DNA of 64,000 nt from Mobula hypostoma (GCF_963921235.1 NC_086108.1:7254001-7318000); one strand, 5' to 3'. Counted from the first letter of the stretch, positions 38,885 through 51,720 are shown. Notes: generated by a model from the sequence alone, not told the origin. Made by a program: numbers and translations.

Positions 38885-39245
38885 TCTAATTAGCAGCAAG
38901 TTACTTGTCCCATAAAAGATATACGCGATGTTTCATTCTTGTTCTAAGTGCGTTTTAACCAATGAAATGGGAGCATGGATCAGCTCATGGTAAAATGGCG
39001 GAGCAGACTCGATAGGCTGAATGGCCAACTTCTGCTCCTTTGTCTTATGGTCTAAATGTGGTCGTTCCTGTTGGTTGGGAAAGATGTGCAGAACAAGCCC
39101 TCACATAATGAGCTGAAGGATAAATATTAGTCCCAGGTCATAAGGGAACTGGCGTGATCTTTGATGTGAAAAAGGGGAGACCTGTTCCATGTCTCATCTG
39201 AAAGGTGATTCCTCTGACACCCGCTCAGCGCTCCACTGTGTGGGT
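38885..39245 (-). mobile_element. Ancient DeuSINE (SacSINE1/AmnSINE1-like) remnant; second copy at 21715-21870 plus 23155-23295
   Basis: ggataaatatt..cccagg...gatcttt...gtctcatctgaaag resembles the Deu domain as recalled. Confidence 0.5.
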
Positions 39246-39429
39246 GTTTACCTGTCACACCCTGTGTGTGATGTAAATAGAATGGTTTGTTTTCTGAACT
39301 GTGACTCCGTGGACACCGAAGTAAAAGAAACAGTAGTAAGTAATTCGGAAGATGTGTAGTTTCGGGGGGTGGGGGTTTGATGGTTGGGTTGAGTTGTTCT
39401 CTGATCTTAGCAATCTACTTGCAAACAAC

Positions 39430-39985
39430 AAGAGAAGTCGAGTCTATTGTCATTTAACTATATACATGCATACCATCAAATGAAACGATGTTTCTCCAGA
39501 CCAGGGTGTATAGCACAGTAGTACACATAACACACAGTAACTTAGGAAAGTAAGGATCAAATCTACGGATCGATTACGTATAAATACACATAAAGGGCAT
39601 AAATGAAACAATATCGTAGGGTACGGAACAGATTAACCAGAGACACTTTGAATGCGATGTGGCAGGGAGCTCAGAAGCCTAACAGCCTAAACAAAGAAGC
39701 TGTTTCCCCTCCTGACCGTTCTTGTCTTTATGCATCGGAGTCTCCTGCCTGATGGTAGAAAGTCAAAGAAGATACTGGATGGATGGGTGGGATCCTTGAT
39801 AATACTAAGGATATGCAGTGCTCCTGATAAATGTCCTCGATAGATGGCAGGGAGAGCCCTATGATCCCCTTGGCTGTTCACCCAGTCCTTTTATGCTGCT
39901 CCCGTACCAGATGGAGACGCTCTCAATGGTGCTCCAATGAGATGCAGTTAAGATGGGAGAGGGAACCTCACTTTCCTCAGTCCCC
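39430..39985 (-). mobile_element. Rex1/Babar-like LINE 3' fragment
   Basis: IIKDPTHPSSIFFDFLPSGRRLRCIKTRTVR.GNSF; same subfamily as the 60530 copy. Confidence 0.8.
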
Positions 39986-40314
39986 TTTTGTTCCGATGCA
40001 AGACGACAACATCAGCGTGCTATCTACACCACAACCAACAACACACTGTCAACGTCTCCTTGTATGGTGACGAAACACTTGCAAGTAAATTGCCTAGACT
40101 GGAGAGTAACTCCACACACCAAAAATAGTAGCATAGCGGGTAGTGTAACGCTTTACCATGCCAGCAACCTCTGATGAGGGTTCAATTCCCGCTGCTACTG
40201 TCTCTGTACATTCTCTCTGTGACTGTGGGTATCCTCCCACATTCCAAAGACAGATGGGTTAGGGTTAATAAGTTGTGGGTATGCTATGTTGGTACCAGAA
40301 ATATGGCAACACTT

Positions 40315-40613
40315 GTGATGTAATTGTTTTAATTATGTAGCCTATTAACTAGTTTATCTCTATCTAAGGAAGTTCCTTCATCTTATCTATAAAAGTGATG
40401 GATTTTTCAGAAGTGCCATCATTTATTTCTTTGTCCTAAACCCCTTAGCATTATTCCCCTCTTAACATTGTTTCTCAGCTCTTTATTTAGTTTGCTTCGT
40501 ATTTGTATGTTTGTTTGTACTCTAAATAAACTGAAATATTGGAATTAGGATTGCTCGTCAGTCTTGACTCCTGGAAGAACACCAAGGATCAGAAATTAAA
40601 CAGAGATCTAACA
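40315..40613 (+). mobile_element. Possible solo LTR
   Basis: TG...CA ends, TATAAAA and AATAAA in the expected order; no clear TSD. Confidence 0.35.
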
Positions 40614-40635
40614 CAGAAAGAAGATAATCTTTAAA

Positions 40636-42000
40636 TCTATATACTACTAAAACTCTTATGCTCTGTTTGTCTGTTTGTGACCTCCAATTAGCGCAGACAG
40701 TGCATTACAGCGGCACTATTTTTGGCTAAATCGACTTAAAATGCGCTAACTTACAGTATGCAGGCAAAGTTCAGGGTTATATATTCTTATAAAGTTGCTC
40801 ACTCGCTAAAATCAACAGCCCCGCTTTCACCCGAGAGCCGAAGTCAGCCATGATGGAAACCGCGACGCCTCACCATGACCCATGCACATGGCCAACCTCA
40901 GAAATGACTCACAATGCTCACAGCAGCAACACCAACAGCAGCAAAAGGGCAGGGCAGCTCTATTTCGAGCGGTCACATTCTGCTAATCACCATCAGCATG
41001 TGCAGGATTGGGACAGATCAAACTGAGACCCATCAATAAGAGATAATTAAATCTTATTGTAATGACGTACTTTAAATCTTATTGTAATGACGTACTTTAA
41101 ATCTTATTGTAATGACGTACTTTGAGACACCCATCAAACCCTTTACTGCAGTCAAAGGACAGAGGTGAGTATATCACGTCCATTTAGGAGAGTGCCAACC
41201 ACATCATCAAGAATAATCAGCATCCTGGAGGCTTTGGTGTTACTGCTTGTATCTTCTATCCAGCATTAGGGTAAAAAAAAAATATGGTCAGCCTAATTAT
41301 GCTGTGTGAAAAGAGAAGGGCAACTTTATGGTCAAGAAATGATGCCAAATGTTGTCAGGAAGCGGCAAGGAGAGGGAGAGAACAAGAATCGGATGAGGCC
41401 AGGGCTGCATGACTCCAGGATCGAAGAGTCAGGACAAAAAAAAATGAGAGAAAAAGAGACAGAGGAGGAGAGGCATGCACGTCTCCAAAATGACAACAAC
41501 TGGCATAGAAGGAGAGATGAAGAGACAAAGGAGCTGAGAAATGCAAGTCTCCAGGATCAGAGACAAACAACAAATAGAAGAGATAAAGAGACAGGGGATG
41601 AAAGGGCTGCATGTCTCCAGAATGACAAAAACAGGCACAGGAGGAGGAGAGAGGAAGAGACAAAGGAGCAGAGAAATGTACATCTGCAAGATCAGAGACA
41701 AAGAATAAACAGCAGAAGAGATGAAGAAATGGTGGATGAAAAGACTGCATGTCTCCAGAATAACGAGAGGCACAAAGCTGGCAGATCAACCAGAAATGAT
41801 GCCATCAAAAGTGTCCTTCGTTAAACGAGGAGCTATATTTGCCTTGCTACGCGTCGTTCTTCTTCAATAACCTGAGGTTTTCTTCTTCAATTTCCAAAGC
41901 AAAGTGATACCAATAGCATTCAGGAAAATTTAATGTTCATTCTGGTCACATCAGACTGCACTTCTCAAAGGGTGCCCCAACGGGTCACCCCGTTGTCTAG
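40636..42000 (+). mobile_element. Non-autonomous Helitron (1365 bp) retaining an STPR-like repeat ORF
   Basis: A|TCTATATACTACTAAAACTC 5' end; CTAG|T 3' end; 9-bp hairpin gggtgcccc-aac-gggtcaccc (41970-41990) ending 10 nt before the terminus; no TSD. ORF 41306-41824 has ETEEERHARLQ-type repeats. Confidence 0.9.
41047..41123. repeat. Perfect 25-bp triplication inside the Helitron
   Basis: ttaaatcttattgtaatgacgtact x3. Confidence 0.95.
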
Positions 42001-42182
42001 TCCTCCTTAATTTTGATTACTTAGTGTAGGAGAGAGAGTGAGGGTAAACTTCTGACTAAACACAGACACTAGTTACAAATGTGAAATAACTTTCTTTGAA
42101 GAATAATTAACTTTTCAGGCTGAATATCACTCAGCTTGGAGCTTAGCTTTAACGACACATCATGAAACAGCTTTTCAGCTTA

Positions 42183-42851
42183 CACTCAGTGGCCGCTTTA
42201 CTTGGTACACTTGTACACCTGCTCGTTAATGCAAATATTTAATCGGACAATCATGTGGCAGCAAATCAATGCATAAAAGCATGCAGGCACAGTCAAGAGG
42301 TTCATTTGTTTTTCAGACCAAACTTCATTATGGGGAAGAAATGTGATCTCAGTGACTTTGACTGTACAATGATTGCCGGTGCCAGATGGGGTGGCTTGAG
42401 TATCTCAAAGACTGCACAAATCCCAGATTTCCTGGGATTTTCATGCACAACAGGGGTTCCAGAGCAGGGGTTCCCAACCCGTGGCCCAAGAACCCTTCGG
42501 TTAATGATAGGGGTCCAAGACATAAAAAAAAGAATGGGAGCCTCTGATCTAGTGTTCACAGAGAATGATGTGAAGAACAAAAAAGCATCCAGTGAACAAC
42601 AGTTTTGAGGGAGAAAATGCCTTGTTGATGAGAGGTTAGAGAAGAATGGTCAGACTGGTTCAAGCTGACAGGAGGGTGACAGTAACTCAAATAGCCATGC
42701 ATTACAACAGTAGTGTGCAGAAGAGCATTTCCCCAAGGGAAAACATGTTGAACCTTGAAGTGGATGGGCTACAGCAGCAGAAGACCATGAGCACGCACTC
42801 AGTGGCCACTTTATCAGGTACAGGAGGCAGGTGATAAAGTAGCCATTGGGT
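42183..42851 (+). mobile_element. Second copy of the same deleted Tc1-like family, with nested hAT MITE
   Basis: ta|cactcagtggcc TIR; MGKKCDLSDFD remnant; extra internal TIR copy at 42796. Confidence 0.85.
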
Positions 42852-43159
42852 ATATTTCTCAGTTCCAGCTGACATTTTAAGGTCTTTCACACCTTTGTGA
42901 CCTTCCCAATTCATTGGAAAAGTGTCTCTGGGAGAGTCACAATTCATTTGATAATGGCAGCGGTCTGGGGGGGGGGGCGGGGGGGAGAGAGGAAATGTGG
43001 CAGTGGGGGACAGATGGGAATTCCAAAAGTATTAGGCAGGAGCTGGGAAGAGTAGACCGGGAGCTGCTGTTGTTGGGCAAGTCCAGACCTGACATGGGGA
43101 TTAACAGCTGGCTGGTCAGAATTCTGGATCAACCTGCGCCTGTGGGGAAGCATGAGAAA

Positions 43160-43885
43160 AAACTGTGGCTACACAAGTTGATAGGGTGGCTCAGAAGGCT
43201 TATAGCATGCTTGTTTTCATTAGGAAAGACATTGAGTTCAAAAGTCAGGAAGTTACGTTGCAGCTTTATAAAACTCTGGTTAGGCTGCATCTGGAGTATT
43301 GCACATTGTTCTGGTCGCCCCACTATAAGAACTTTGAGGCTTTGGAGAAGGTGCTGAGGAAGTTTACCAGGATACTGCCCGGATTTGAGGGCTTGTGCTA
43401 TCATGAGAGGCTGGATAAACTTGGGTTGTTTTCTCTGGAGCGGCAGAGACTAAGGGTAAATCTGATAGAGGTTTATAAAATTATGAGAGGCATAGATACA
43501 TTAGACATTTTTTTTTTGCAAGAGTCAAAATATCTAATGCCAGGAGGCAGAGGTTCCCAACATGGGGTCAACTGACCCCCCTCTACCCCGGTTAAAGGTA
43601 GAGGTTCATGACATAAAAAAGTTTGGGAACCTCCAGTTTAAGGTAAGAGGAGGCAATTTCAAAGGAGAGGCGAGGCACATTTTTTAAAAATACAAACACT
43701 GAGTGGTGGGTACCTGAATGCACTGCCTGGGGCGGTGGTAGAGACATAAACATTAGAGGCACTTAGATTAGCCAACCATGAATATGAGAAAAATGGAAGG
43801 CAGAAGAGATTGGTTTAGTTGGCCATTTGATGACTTTATTTAATTGGTTCAGCAACTGTGTGGGCATAAGGGTCCGTTCCTGTGT
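43160..43885 (+). mobile_element. CR1 3' fragment
   Basis: ORF 43165-43575, LYKTLVRLHLEYC. Confidence 0.85.
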
Positions 43886-44924
43886 TGTACTGTTCCCTGT
43901 TCCAACAGGATGGCAAGGATGATAATGAGAGATGTGACAAATTTAGTTAGAGAGAAAGTGTAGGAAGCCGAGATCAGACAGGGTCTTTGAGGAATATAAA
44001 GGAAACAGGAAAGAACTTCAACAGCAAATCAAGGCGGCCAAGAAATTTTATTAATTTTATATTTAATTTAGAGGTATAGGTCAGTAACAGGCCCTTCCTG
44101 CCCAACCAGCCTGGTCCGCCAATTTACACCCTTGTGAACAATTAACCTACAGATCCAGACACCTTTGGAATGTGGGAGGAAACCGCAGCATTCAGGGGAA
44201 ACACGTGCGGACACGGTGAGAACATTCAAACTCCTTACAGACAGCAGCGTGAACTGAACCCAGGTCACTGGCACTGTAATAGCATCACACCTACTGCCCC
44301 GACACTGTGCTGTTTGTGTTGAGTAGGATTAAAGAGAAATAAGAGGAATTTTACACATACATTTAAAACGAGAGGGTGGGGTCACTCAAGGACAAAGGCG
44401 GGGATTTATGCGTGGACCCAGAGGGAAGATATAATGAATGAGCACCTTACATTGGTGTCACCAATGAGAAGGACATGGAGGAAAGTGAGATTGGGGAGCT
44501 GACATAAGGAGATGGTGGTGCTGGATTTAAGAACACTAAGGTTAAGGGCCTGATGGGATGGATCTATAGCAGATTACGGAAGAGGCAAGGTCTTCAACAG
44601 AATCCAGCGCAGATGAGGTATAAAAAAAATGCCATTCAAATCCCATGGCGGATTTAAGAGCGAGATATTCTTTGGGAGAGATTTGCTGCACAGAATTAAT
44701 AACCTTCAAACCACAGATCCTAAAATGGTAATGTGGTAACGATCTTCTGTTTAGTTTTATCATTCAGAAGTTACAGACAACAATTATTAACAATCCCAAT
44801 CTATGTGGCTTAGGAAAACTGGTATGAATCAAGCATTTCTGGATCCATGTACTTGTAACCCACCCCCACCCCCCCCCACACCATCAAACTACATTTTGCC
44901 GCAAATATCAGACGTCTCTACTTA

Positions 44925-46108
44925 GAACATACAAGAGTTCAGCAGTGTACAGCCCTTTGGCCCACAATGTTGTGATGACCCTTTAGCCCACTCTAAAATC
45001 AATCTGACCCTTCCCTCCCACATTGCACCCCCCCCCCGTTTTTCTATTACCCATGTGCTGATCTAAGCTTCTCTTAAATGTCCCTCATGTATCTGCCTCT
45101 GTGTTTAAACAAATACTTCTGACACCCCGGTAGATTTTCCCCCAATCACCTTAAACTTACACCCCTTTGTAGGTCACTTCAGCCTGTACCTCTCCTCCAG
45201 CCTGACACCCCCAAACTTTCAATCGTGTAAGGGTTTTTTTTTAATACATCCTTAATGATCTGCCTCTACCAATACTCTTGGCATCGTGTTTCATGAGCCC
45301 ATCACTCTCTGTAAAATACCTACCACTGACATTCTCCCCAAGTTTTCCTCCCAACACCTTAAAATGATCCCTCATATTAGCCATCTCCACCCTGGGAAAA
45401 AGTCTCTGGCTGTCCACTCAATCTATGCCTCTTATCATCTTGTACACCTCTATCAAGTTACCTCTCATCCTCCATCGCTGTAGAGACAAAAGCCCTAGTT
45501 TGCTCAACCTACCCCAAGACACGCTCTCCAAACCAGGCAGCATCCTGGCAAATCTCCTCTTCACCCTCTCTAATGCTTCCACATCCTTCCTATAGTGAGA
45601 TAGCCAGAACTGAACACAAGAGTGGTCTAACCAGTTTTACAAAACTGCAATATTATTTCATGGCTCTTGAACTCAATCCCCCAGATATGAAGACCAACCT
45701 CCTTCTTAACCGCCTCAACTTGCACGGCAACGTTGAGGGATCTATGGACGTGAACCCGAAATATCCCTCTGATCCTCCATTAACCTTGCATTCTGCCTTC
45801 AAATTTGACCTGCCCAAGTGTATCACTTCACACTTCTCTGGATTGAACTCCATCTGCCACTTCTCAGCCCAGCTCTGCATCCTATCAATGTCCCACTGTA
45901 ATCTATGACAACGTTCTACATCATCCAAAACACCACCAACCTTCCCGTCATCTGTAAACTTAGTAATCCATTCTTCCACTTCCCCATCCAAGCCATTTAT
46001 AAAAGCAAAGAAAGAGCAGGGGTCCCAGGACAAATCCCTGTAGAACATCACTAGTTAAAGACTTCCAGACAGAATACACTCCATCTACTAACACTCTCTG
46101 CCTTCTGT
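44925..46108 (-). mobile_element. CR1 fragments
   Basis: ITKFTDDGKVGG...WAEKWQMEFNPEKCEVIHLG. Confidence 0.85.
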
Positions 46109-46508
46109 TCATTCGTTCATCGTGTGCCGTATCATATGATGGTCTCGACTGTGATTGTTCTCAGCAAATGCTTCTGCAGAAATGATTTGCCACTGCCTTG
46201 TTCTGCTCCACAGCTTCACGTGACCCTGACTGGAGGGCTGGGCTAAGCAGGTGCTGCACCTTGCTGGAGAGTGACTTACAGGCTAGCAGAGGGAAAGAGC
46301 ACGTTACACCTCTTTGGGAGAGACATAGCTCCACCCTGACACCCACTGTCTTTTGTGGGCAAGTCAATCCACATAGCCAATTTTTCCTGGATCCCATTTC
46401 TCCTGATATTCTGAATAAACCTACCATGGGAGACCTTACTAAAATTTATGCACACATCAACTGCTATAAATCCACCAAATTAGTTTGTAAATTCATTTCA
46501 GTACTCAC

Positions 46509-46555
46509 CTCTAGTACTGCTTTTTTCAACAGGATGTGAACCTTGAACCTTGAAC
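46509..46555 (-). CDS. CCDC9: CCDC9 small coding exon C, (M)FKVQGSHPVEKSSTR(D)
   Basis: Acceptor tttttgcatatctccag|G and donor AG|gtgagt; 47 nt, phase 2-1, which exactly bridges exons B and D and completes the conserved MFK motif. Too short for the ORF track. Confidence 0.85.
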
Positions 46556-47249
46556 CTGGAGATATGCAAAAACAAAAAAAAATTAGACTAAACTCTCATT
46601 AAGGGAAGAATTCATCTTCAGTTGCCGAAGTTAATGAGGCGACACGTTAGCGTGATGGTCAGCACAACGTTTTACAGTACAGATGACCCGAGTTCAATTC
46701 TCACCACTACCTACAAGCAGTTGGTACGTTCTCCCCGTAATTACGTGGGTTTCCTCTGGGTGCTCCAGTTTCTTTCCACAGTCCAGACATCTACCAGTTG
46801 GTAGGTTAATTGGTTATTGTAAATTATCCCATGATTAGGCTAGGGTTAAATTGTGGGATTGCTGGGTGGCATGACTCAAAGGGCTAATTCTGCTCAATCA
46901 TCTATCTATCAAACGCCTGTCTTTCCGAATGCCTGTCTATCCATGAAAAAACATCCACCTATCCAGATAACTAAGTAAATAATAAATAACTACAACTACT
47001 GGTTAGAGCCACCCCACCCCAATCACAGTTAGTAGGGGTTTCTTCTTACATAAGTTTGGCTCTAAGTGACTAGAGGCAAATTTCTTTCCACACTCCCTGC
47101 TCCCAGTCCATCACAGGCAAAGCCCTACCCACCACTAAGCACACATCTACATGCAGCACTGCCACCAGAAAGCAGCATCTATCATCAAGGACCCCGACCT
47201 TCCAGTTCATGCTCTCTTCTCACTACCACCATTGGACTGGAGTTACAAG

Positions 47250-48352
47250 AGTTATTACCCCACAACCATCAGGCTCCTGAACCAGTGTGGATAACTTCAC
47301 TCCCCACAATGAGCCTCAGGTCCCACACCACCAGGTTCAGGAACAGTTATTACCCCACAACCATCAGGCTCCTGAACCAGTGTGGATAACTTCACTCACC
47401 ACAATGAGCCTCAGGTCCCACACCACCAGGTTCAGGAACAGTTATTACCCCACAACCATCAGGCTCCTGAACCAGTGTGGATAACTTCACTCACCACAAT
47501 GAGCCTCAGGTCCCACACCACCAGGTTCAGGAACAGTTATTACCCCTCAACCATCAGACTCCTGAACCAGTGTGGATAACTTCACTCCCCACAATGAGCC
47601 TCAGGTCCCACACCACCAGGTTCAGGAACAGTTATTACCCCACAACCATCAGGCTCCTGAACCAGTGTGGATAACTTCACTCACCACAATGAGCCTCAGG
47701 TCCCACACCACCAGGTTCAGGAACAGCTATTACCCCACAACCATCAGACTCTTGAACCAGTGTGGATAACTTCACTCACCACAATGAGCCTCAGGTCCCA
47801 CACCACCAGGTTCAGGAACAGTTATTACCCCACAACCATCAGGCTCCTGAACCAGTGTGGATAACTTCACTCCCCACAATGAGCCTCAGGTCCCACACCA
47901 CCAGGTTCAGGAACAGTTATTACCCCACAACCATCAGGCTCCTGAACCAGTGTGGATAACTTCACTCACCACAATGAGCCTCAGGTCCCACACCACCAGG
48001 TTCAGGAACAGCTATTACCCCACAACCATCAGACTCTTGAACCAGTGTGGATAACTTCACTCACCACAATGAGCCTCAGGTCCCACACCACCAGGTTCAG
48101 GAACAGTTATTACCCCACAACCATCAGGCTCCTGAACCAGTGTGGATAACTTCACTCACCACAATGAGCCTCAGGTCCCACACCACCAGGTTCAGGAACA
48201 GTTATTACCCCACAACCATCAGGCTCCTGAACCAGTGTGGATAACTTCACTCCCCACAATGAGCCTCAGGTCCCACACCACCAGGTTCAGGAACAGTTAT
48301 TACCCCACAACCATCAGGCTCCTGAACCAGTGTGGATAACTTCACTCACCAC
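47250..48352 (+). repeat. 95-bp tandem array (~11.6 copies) inside a Rex1/Babar-like element (47105-48930)
   Basis: Unit gttattaccccacaaccatcaggctcctgaaccagtgtggataacttcactc(a/c)ccacaatgagcctcaggtcccacaccaccaggttcaggaaca; ORFs recur every 95 nt. Confidence 0.98.
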
Positions 48353-48933
48353 TAATCTGATTCAATAACCTATGGACTCACTTTCAAGAACTCTACAACT
48401 TATGGTCTCAGTATTATTTATTTGTTTATAATTTTACTTTTATTTATTGTTACTTTAGTTCACGTTACGATGAGTTCCTGATTGCTCCTTTTTTTTGTTG
48501 CTATTTTGGGCGATTCTGAGTTGGGGCGGACTGCAGATAAGGAACACTGAGCTGAACTGAATATGGCTGGACTCCTTTTAATTTTGTGTTTTATATTTTG
48601 TGTTTCTGGCTTTTTTTGGGTAGCTGTATGTACAATTTTTTTTGTGCGGGGGGGAGGTTTGATGTTTTCCTTTGAATGTACGCCATGATGTTTCGTTGTT
48701 TCGTGGCTGTCTGTGGGGAAGATGAATTTCAGGATTCTATACTGAGCACATACTTTAATAATAAACGTACTTTGAATCTTTTGTCTTTTGTCATTGGTTG
48801 TTTGTCAATCTTTGTGAGTAGCTTTACACTGATCCTATTGTACTTTTTGTCCTAGTATGAATGCCTGCAAGAAAATGAACCTCAAGGTAGCATATGGTGA
48901 GACATACGGACTTTGATAATAAATTTACTTTGA

Positions 48934-49750
48934 AGGTGAGAGGGGAGAAATTTAAAGTTCTTTTTCACCCCCACACAGAGGGTGATGAATGTCTGAAACG
49001 AGCTGCCTGAGGAGGTGGTAGAGGCAAATTCAATGTTTAAAAGGCTTTAGGATAGGAAATGAGTTGAGGTGTATGGGCTTACTGCGGGCAAATGGGATTC
49101 AGGTAATTAGCATTACGGTCAGCAGACAGAGATTACAGGGAACATGAACTTCATGCACAAACTTTAATGTCTACTCAGCACTGCTCCAAAACTAATGTTG
49201 ACTTTGGTTTGGCCACATCTGTAGTATTGCATACAGTCCTGGTTGCCCCACTATAGGAAGGATGTTGAGGCTTTGGAGAGGGTGCAGGAGAGGTTCACCA
49301 GGATGCTGCCTGGTTTAGAGAGCATGTGCCATCATGAGAGGCCGGATAAACTTGGGTTGTTTTCTCTGGAGCACCAGAGACTAAGGGGAGATCCAATAGA
49401 GGTTTATACGATTATGAGAAGCATAGACAGAGTGGACAGAGAGTATCCAGAGCGTTGAAATGTCTAATACCAGAGGGCATGCATTGAAGGTGAGGGGGGG
49501 AGGTTCAAAGGGGATGTGAGGGGTAAGCGTTTTACTCAGAGAGTGGAATGCCTGGAATGCCCTGCCTGGTATAGTGGTAGAAACAAATACATTAGAGGCT
49601 TTTAAGAGACGTTTGGAACATAGATATAAGGAGGATGGAGGGATATGGATATGGTGTATGTAGGAGGGATTAGTGTTTGGGTGCTTTGATTTACTTTTTA
49701 GCTAGGTTTGCAAAATGTTGTGGGCTGGCTGTACCGTTCTATGCCCTATG
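48934..49750 (+). mobile_element. CR1 3' fragments
   Basis: PHYRKDVEALERVQERFTRMLPG. Confidence 0.8.
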
Positions 49751-50228
49751 TTAAGCATAATGACAGCCCCTTATAACAGCCAAGTAATTAACCAGACCGC
49801 TCACTGGTGCTGAAGGAGAAACGGTCAAACAGCAATAAACTGCACTGTTGATTTTTGGCTGAATCAGTTGGAGAGGAGGAAGTTTGCTGGCAAATAACTG
49901 GAGGGCAGGATATTAACCATGGCTTGCTCACACCATATCCACCATCCTGACACTGAGACTTCAGCACCTGGTGTTGGTATCCTCTTCAGCTGAAGAGGAT
50001 ACCAACACCAGGCGCCTCTCATCGGGGCTGCGGGAGCAGTACAAAGCCCTTCCAACTTGCGCACCACCCTGACTTTGCAATGAACATCCACTTCTTCATT
50101 ATCATTGGGTCTTTAAAAACCTGAGCTCCATCCCCAGCCAAAGCTGAAGACCTAACATTTGGGAATCCACTGCAGCAGGAGGCCAAGGAGACAGCCTGTT
50201 CTCGGGCTAGAGGACTGTGTACGTGCAC

Positions 50229-50277
50229 GGGTGGGTGGGAGGGTGGGAGGGAGGGAGGGAGGGAGGGAGGGAGGGAG
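50229..50277 (+). repeat. (GGGA/GGGT)n tract, G-quadruplex-prone
   Basis: About 12 GGG runs separated by single bases. Confidence 0.9.
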
Positions 50278-50980
50278 AACTGGGATTTGTTTTGCTGTTG
50301 GAAACCACTGGTTTTCACACTCACTGGCAGAAAACAATATAGAGGCTAAACTAATAGTTTAATCACCTTGCTCACTTAGCTCCACCCCGCCACCTTATCT
50401 TGATTAGTCAGGGTGTCAAAAGTTACAAGGAGAATGGGGTTGGGAGGAATAATAAATCAGCCATGATGGAATGGCGGAGCAGACTCAATGGGCCGAATGG
50501 CCTAATTCTGCTCCTTTGTCTTACGGTCTAACACAACGCATCCCCACTCCCCCTCCTGCTTAGCATGTACCTGGGTCTTGACAACTGGTGTTAGAATCCT
50601 ATCTGGTATAAAGCCGAGGAGCTAGAAACTGGGGAAAATAAACTATTCCAAATTTTATTTTATTTTAATATTTGGGGATAGGCAAAATAAAAATGTTTGC
50701 AATGCGACAGCCGAGAACTGGAGAGCACGGCAGAGTACAACAGCTGTCGCTCCTGGAAGGTGTGAATAAAATGTCTGAGGGATTAAGATGGTGTGAAAAT
50801 TCATGCTGGTTTGACACCAAAAAGTTAATACATATTGGCACCCACTCGCACCTCAGACTCAGCTGCTTAGCAGCTTTGTGTCACAAGGAAAATTTTCTCC
50901 TCCAAAGTATCCAAGACAGTTTCAAGGAGCGATGCCTCAAAAAGGTGGCGTCTATCATTAAGGACCCCCCCATCACCCAG

Positions 50981-51127
50981 GACATGCCCTCTTCTCATTG
51001 CTACCATCAGGGAGGAGGTACAGGAGCCTGAAGGCACACACTCAACAATATATATATATTTGTTGAGTGTGTGCCTTCAGGCTCCTGTACCTCCTCCCTG
51101 ATGGTAGCAATGAGAAGAGGGCATGTC
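50981..51127. repeat. Perfect inverted repeat with 68-bp arms and an 11-nt (TA)n spacer
   Basis: 50981-51048 is the exact reverse complement of 51060-51127. Confidence 0.95.
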
Positions 51128-51305
51128 ATATATATATATATATACATACCAGTGACATTAAACCTGATTTTGATGATTTTGATTCTGATTTCACCCCCGG
51201 AACTCCTATTTCTAACCTGCTCTGCCTCACCCAGTAGCATGATTTCTGCACCGAATGTCCTCCCCTTGCTTCTCCAGGAACAGAGGGATTAGCCGAACCT
51301 ATTCA

Positions 51306-51720
51306 GGATCATAGGAGCGTAACAGATAGAAGCAGAATTATGGCATTTGTCCCATTGAGTCTGATCCACCATTCAATCGTTCCTGATTGTTTCCCCCACT
51401 CAATCCCATTCTCCCCTTAACCAATCCTATTGATCGCCACCTCAGAAACTCCCAATGACTTGGCCTCCACAGGTGTGGTAACAACTTTCACAGATTCATC
51501 ACCCTCTGTCTAAAAGTTCCTCTTCATCTCTGTTCCCTTTATCCTGAGGCTGTGTTCTCTGGTCCTACACTCTCCCACTACTGGAATCATCCATTCCATA
51601 TCCACTCTATCTACACCTTTCAATATTTGGTAGGTTTCTATCAGACTCCCTCCTCATTCTTCTAAACTCCACTGCCAGGCCCAGAGTCATGGATCATTCT
51701 CATGAATCTCCTCTGGACCC
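51306..51720 (-). mobile_element. CR1 3' fragment
   Basis: Similar to the other CR1 3' ends. Confidence 0.75.

Noticed and set aside
47250..48352. CRISPR-like array or repeated 65-aa peptide genes
   Set aside because: The units are contiguous and nearly identical with no unique spacers, and there are no cas genes. The ORFs are by-products of a 95-bp LINE-derived tandem repeat.
50019..50324. Candidate for the CCDC9 'MFKD' exon (VFKDP)
   Set aside because: The phase is wrong after cag|G, the pyrimidine tract is weak and the sequence looks like an old LINE remnant; 46509-46555 fits phase and splice signals.
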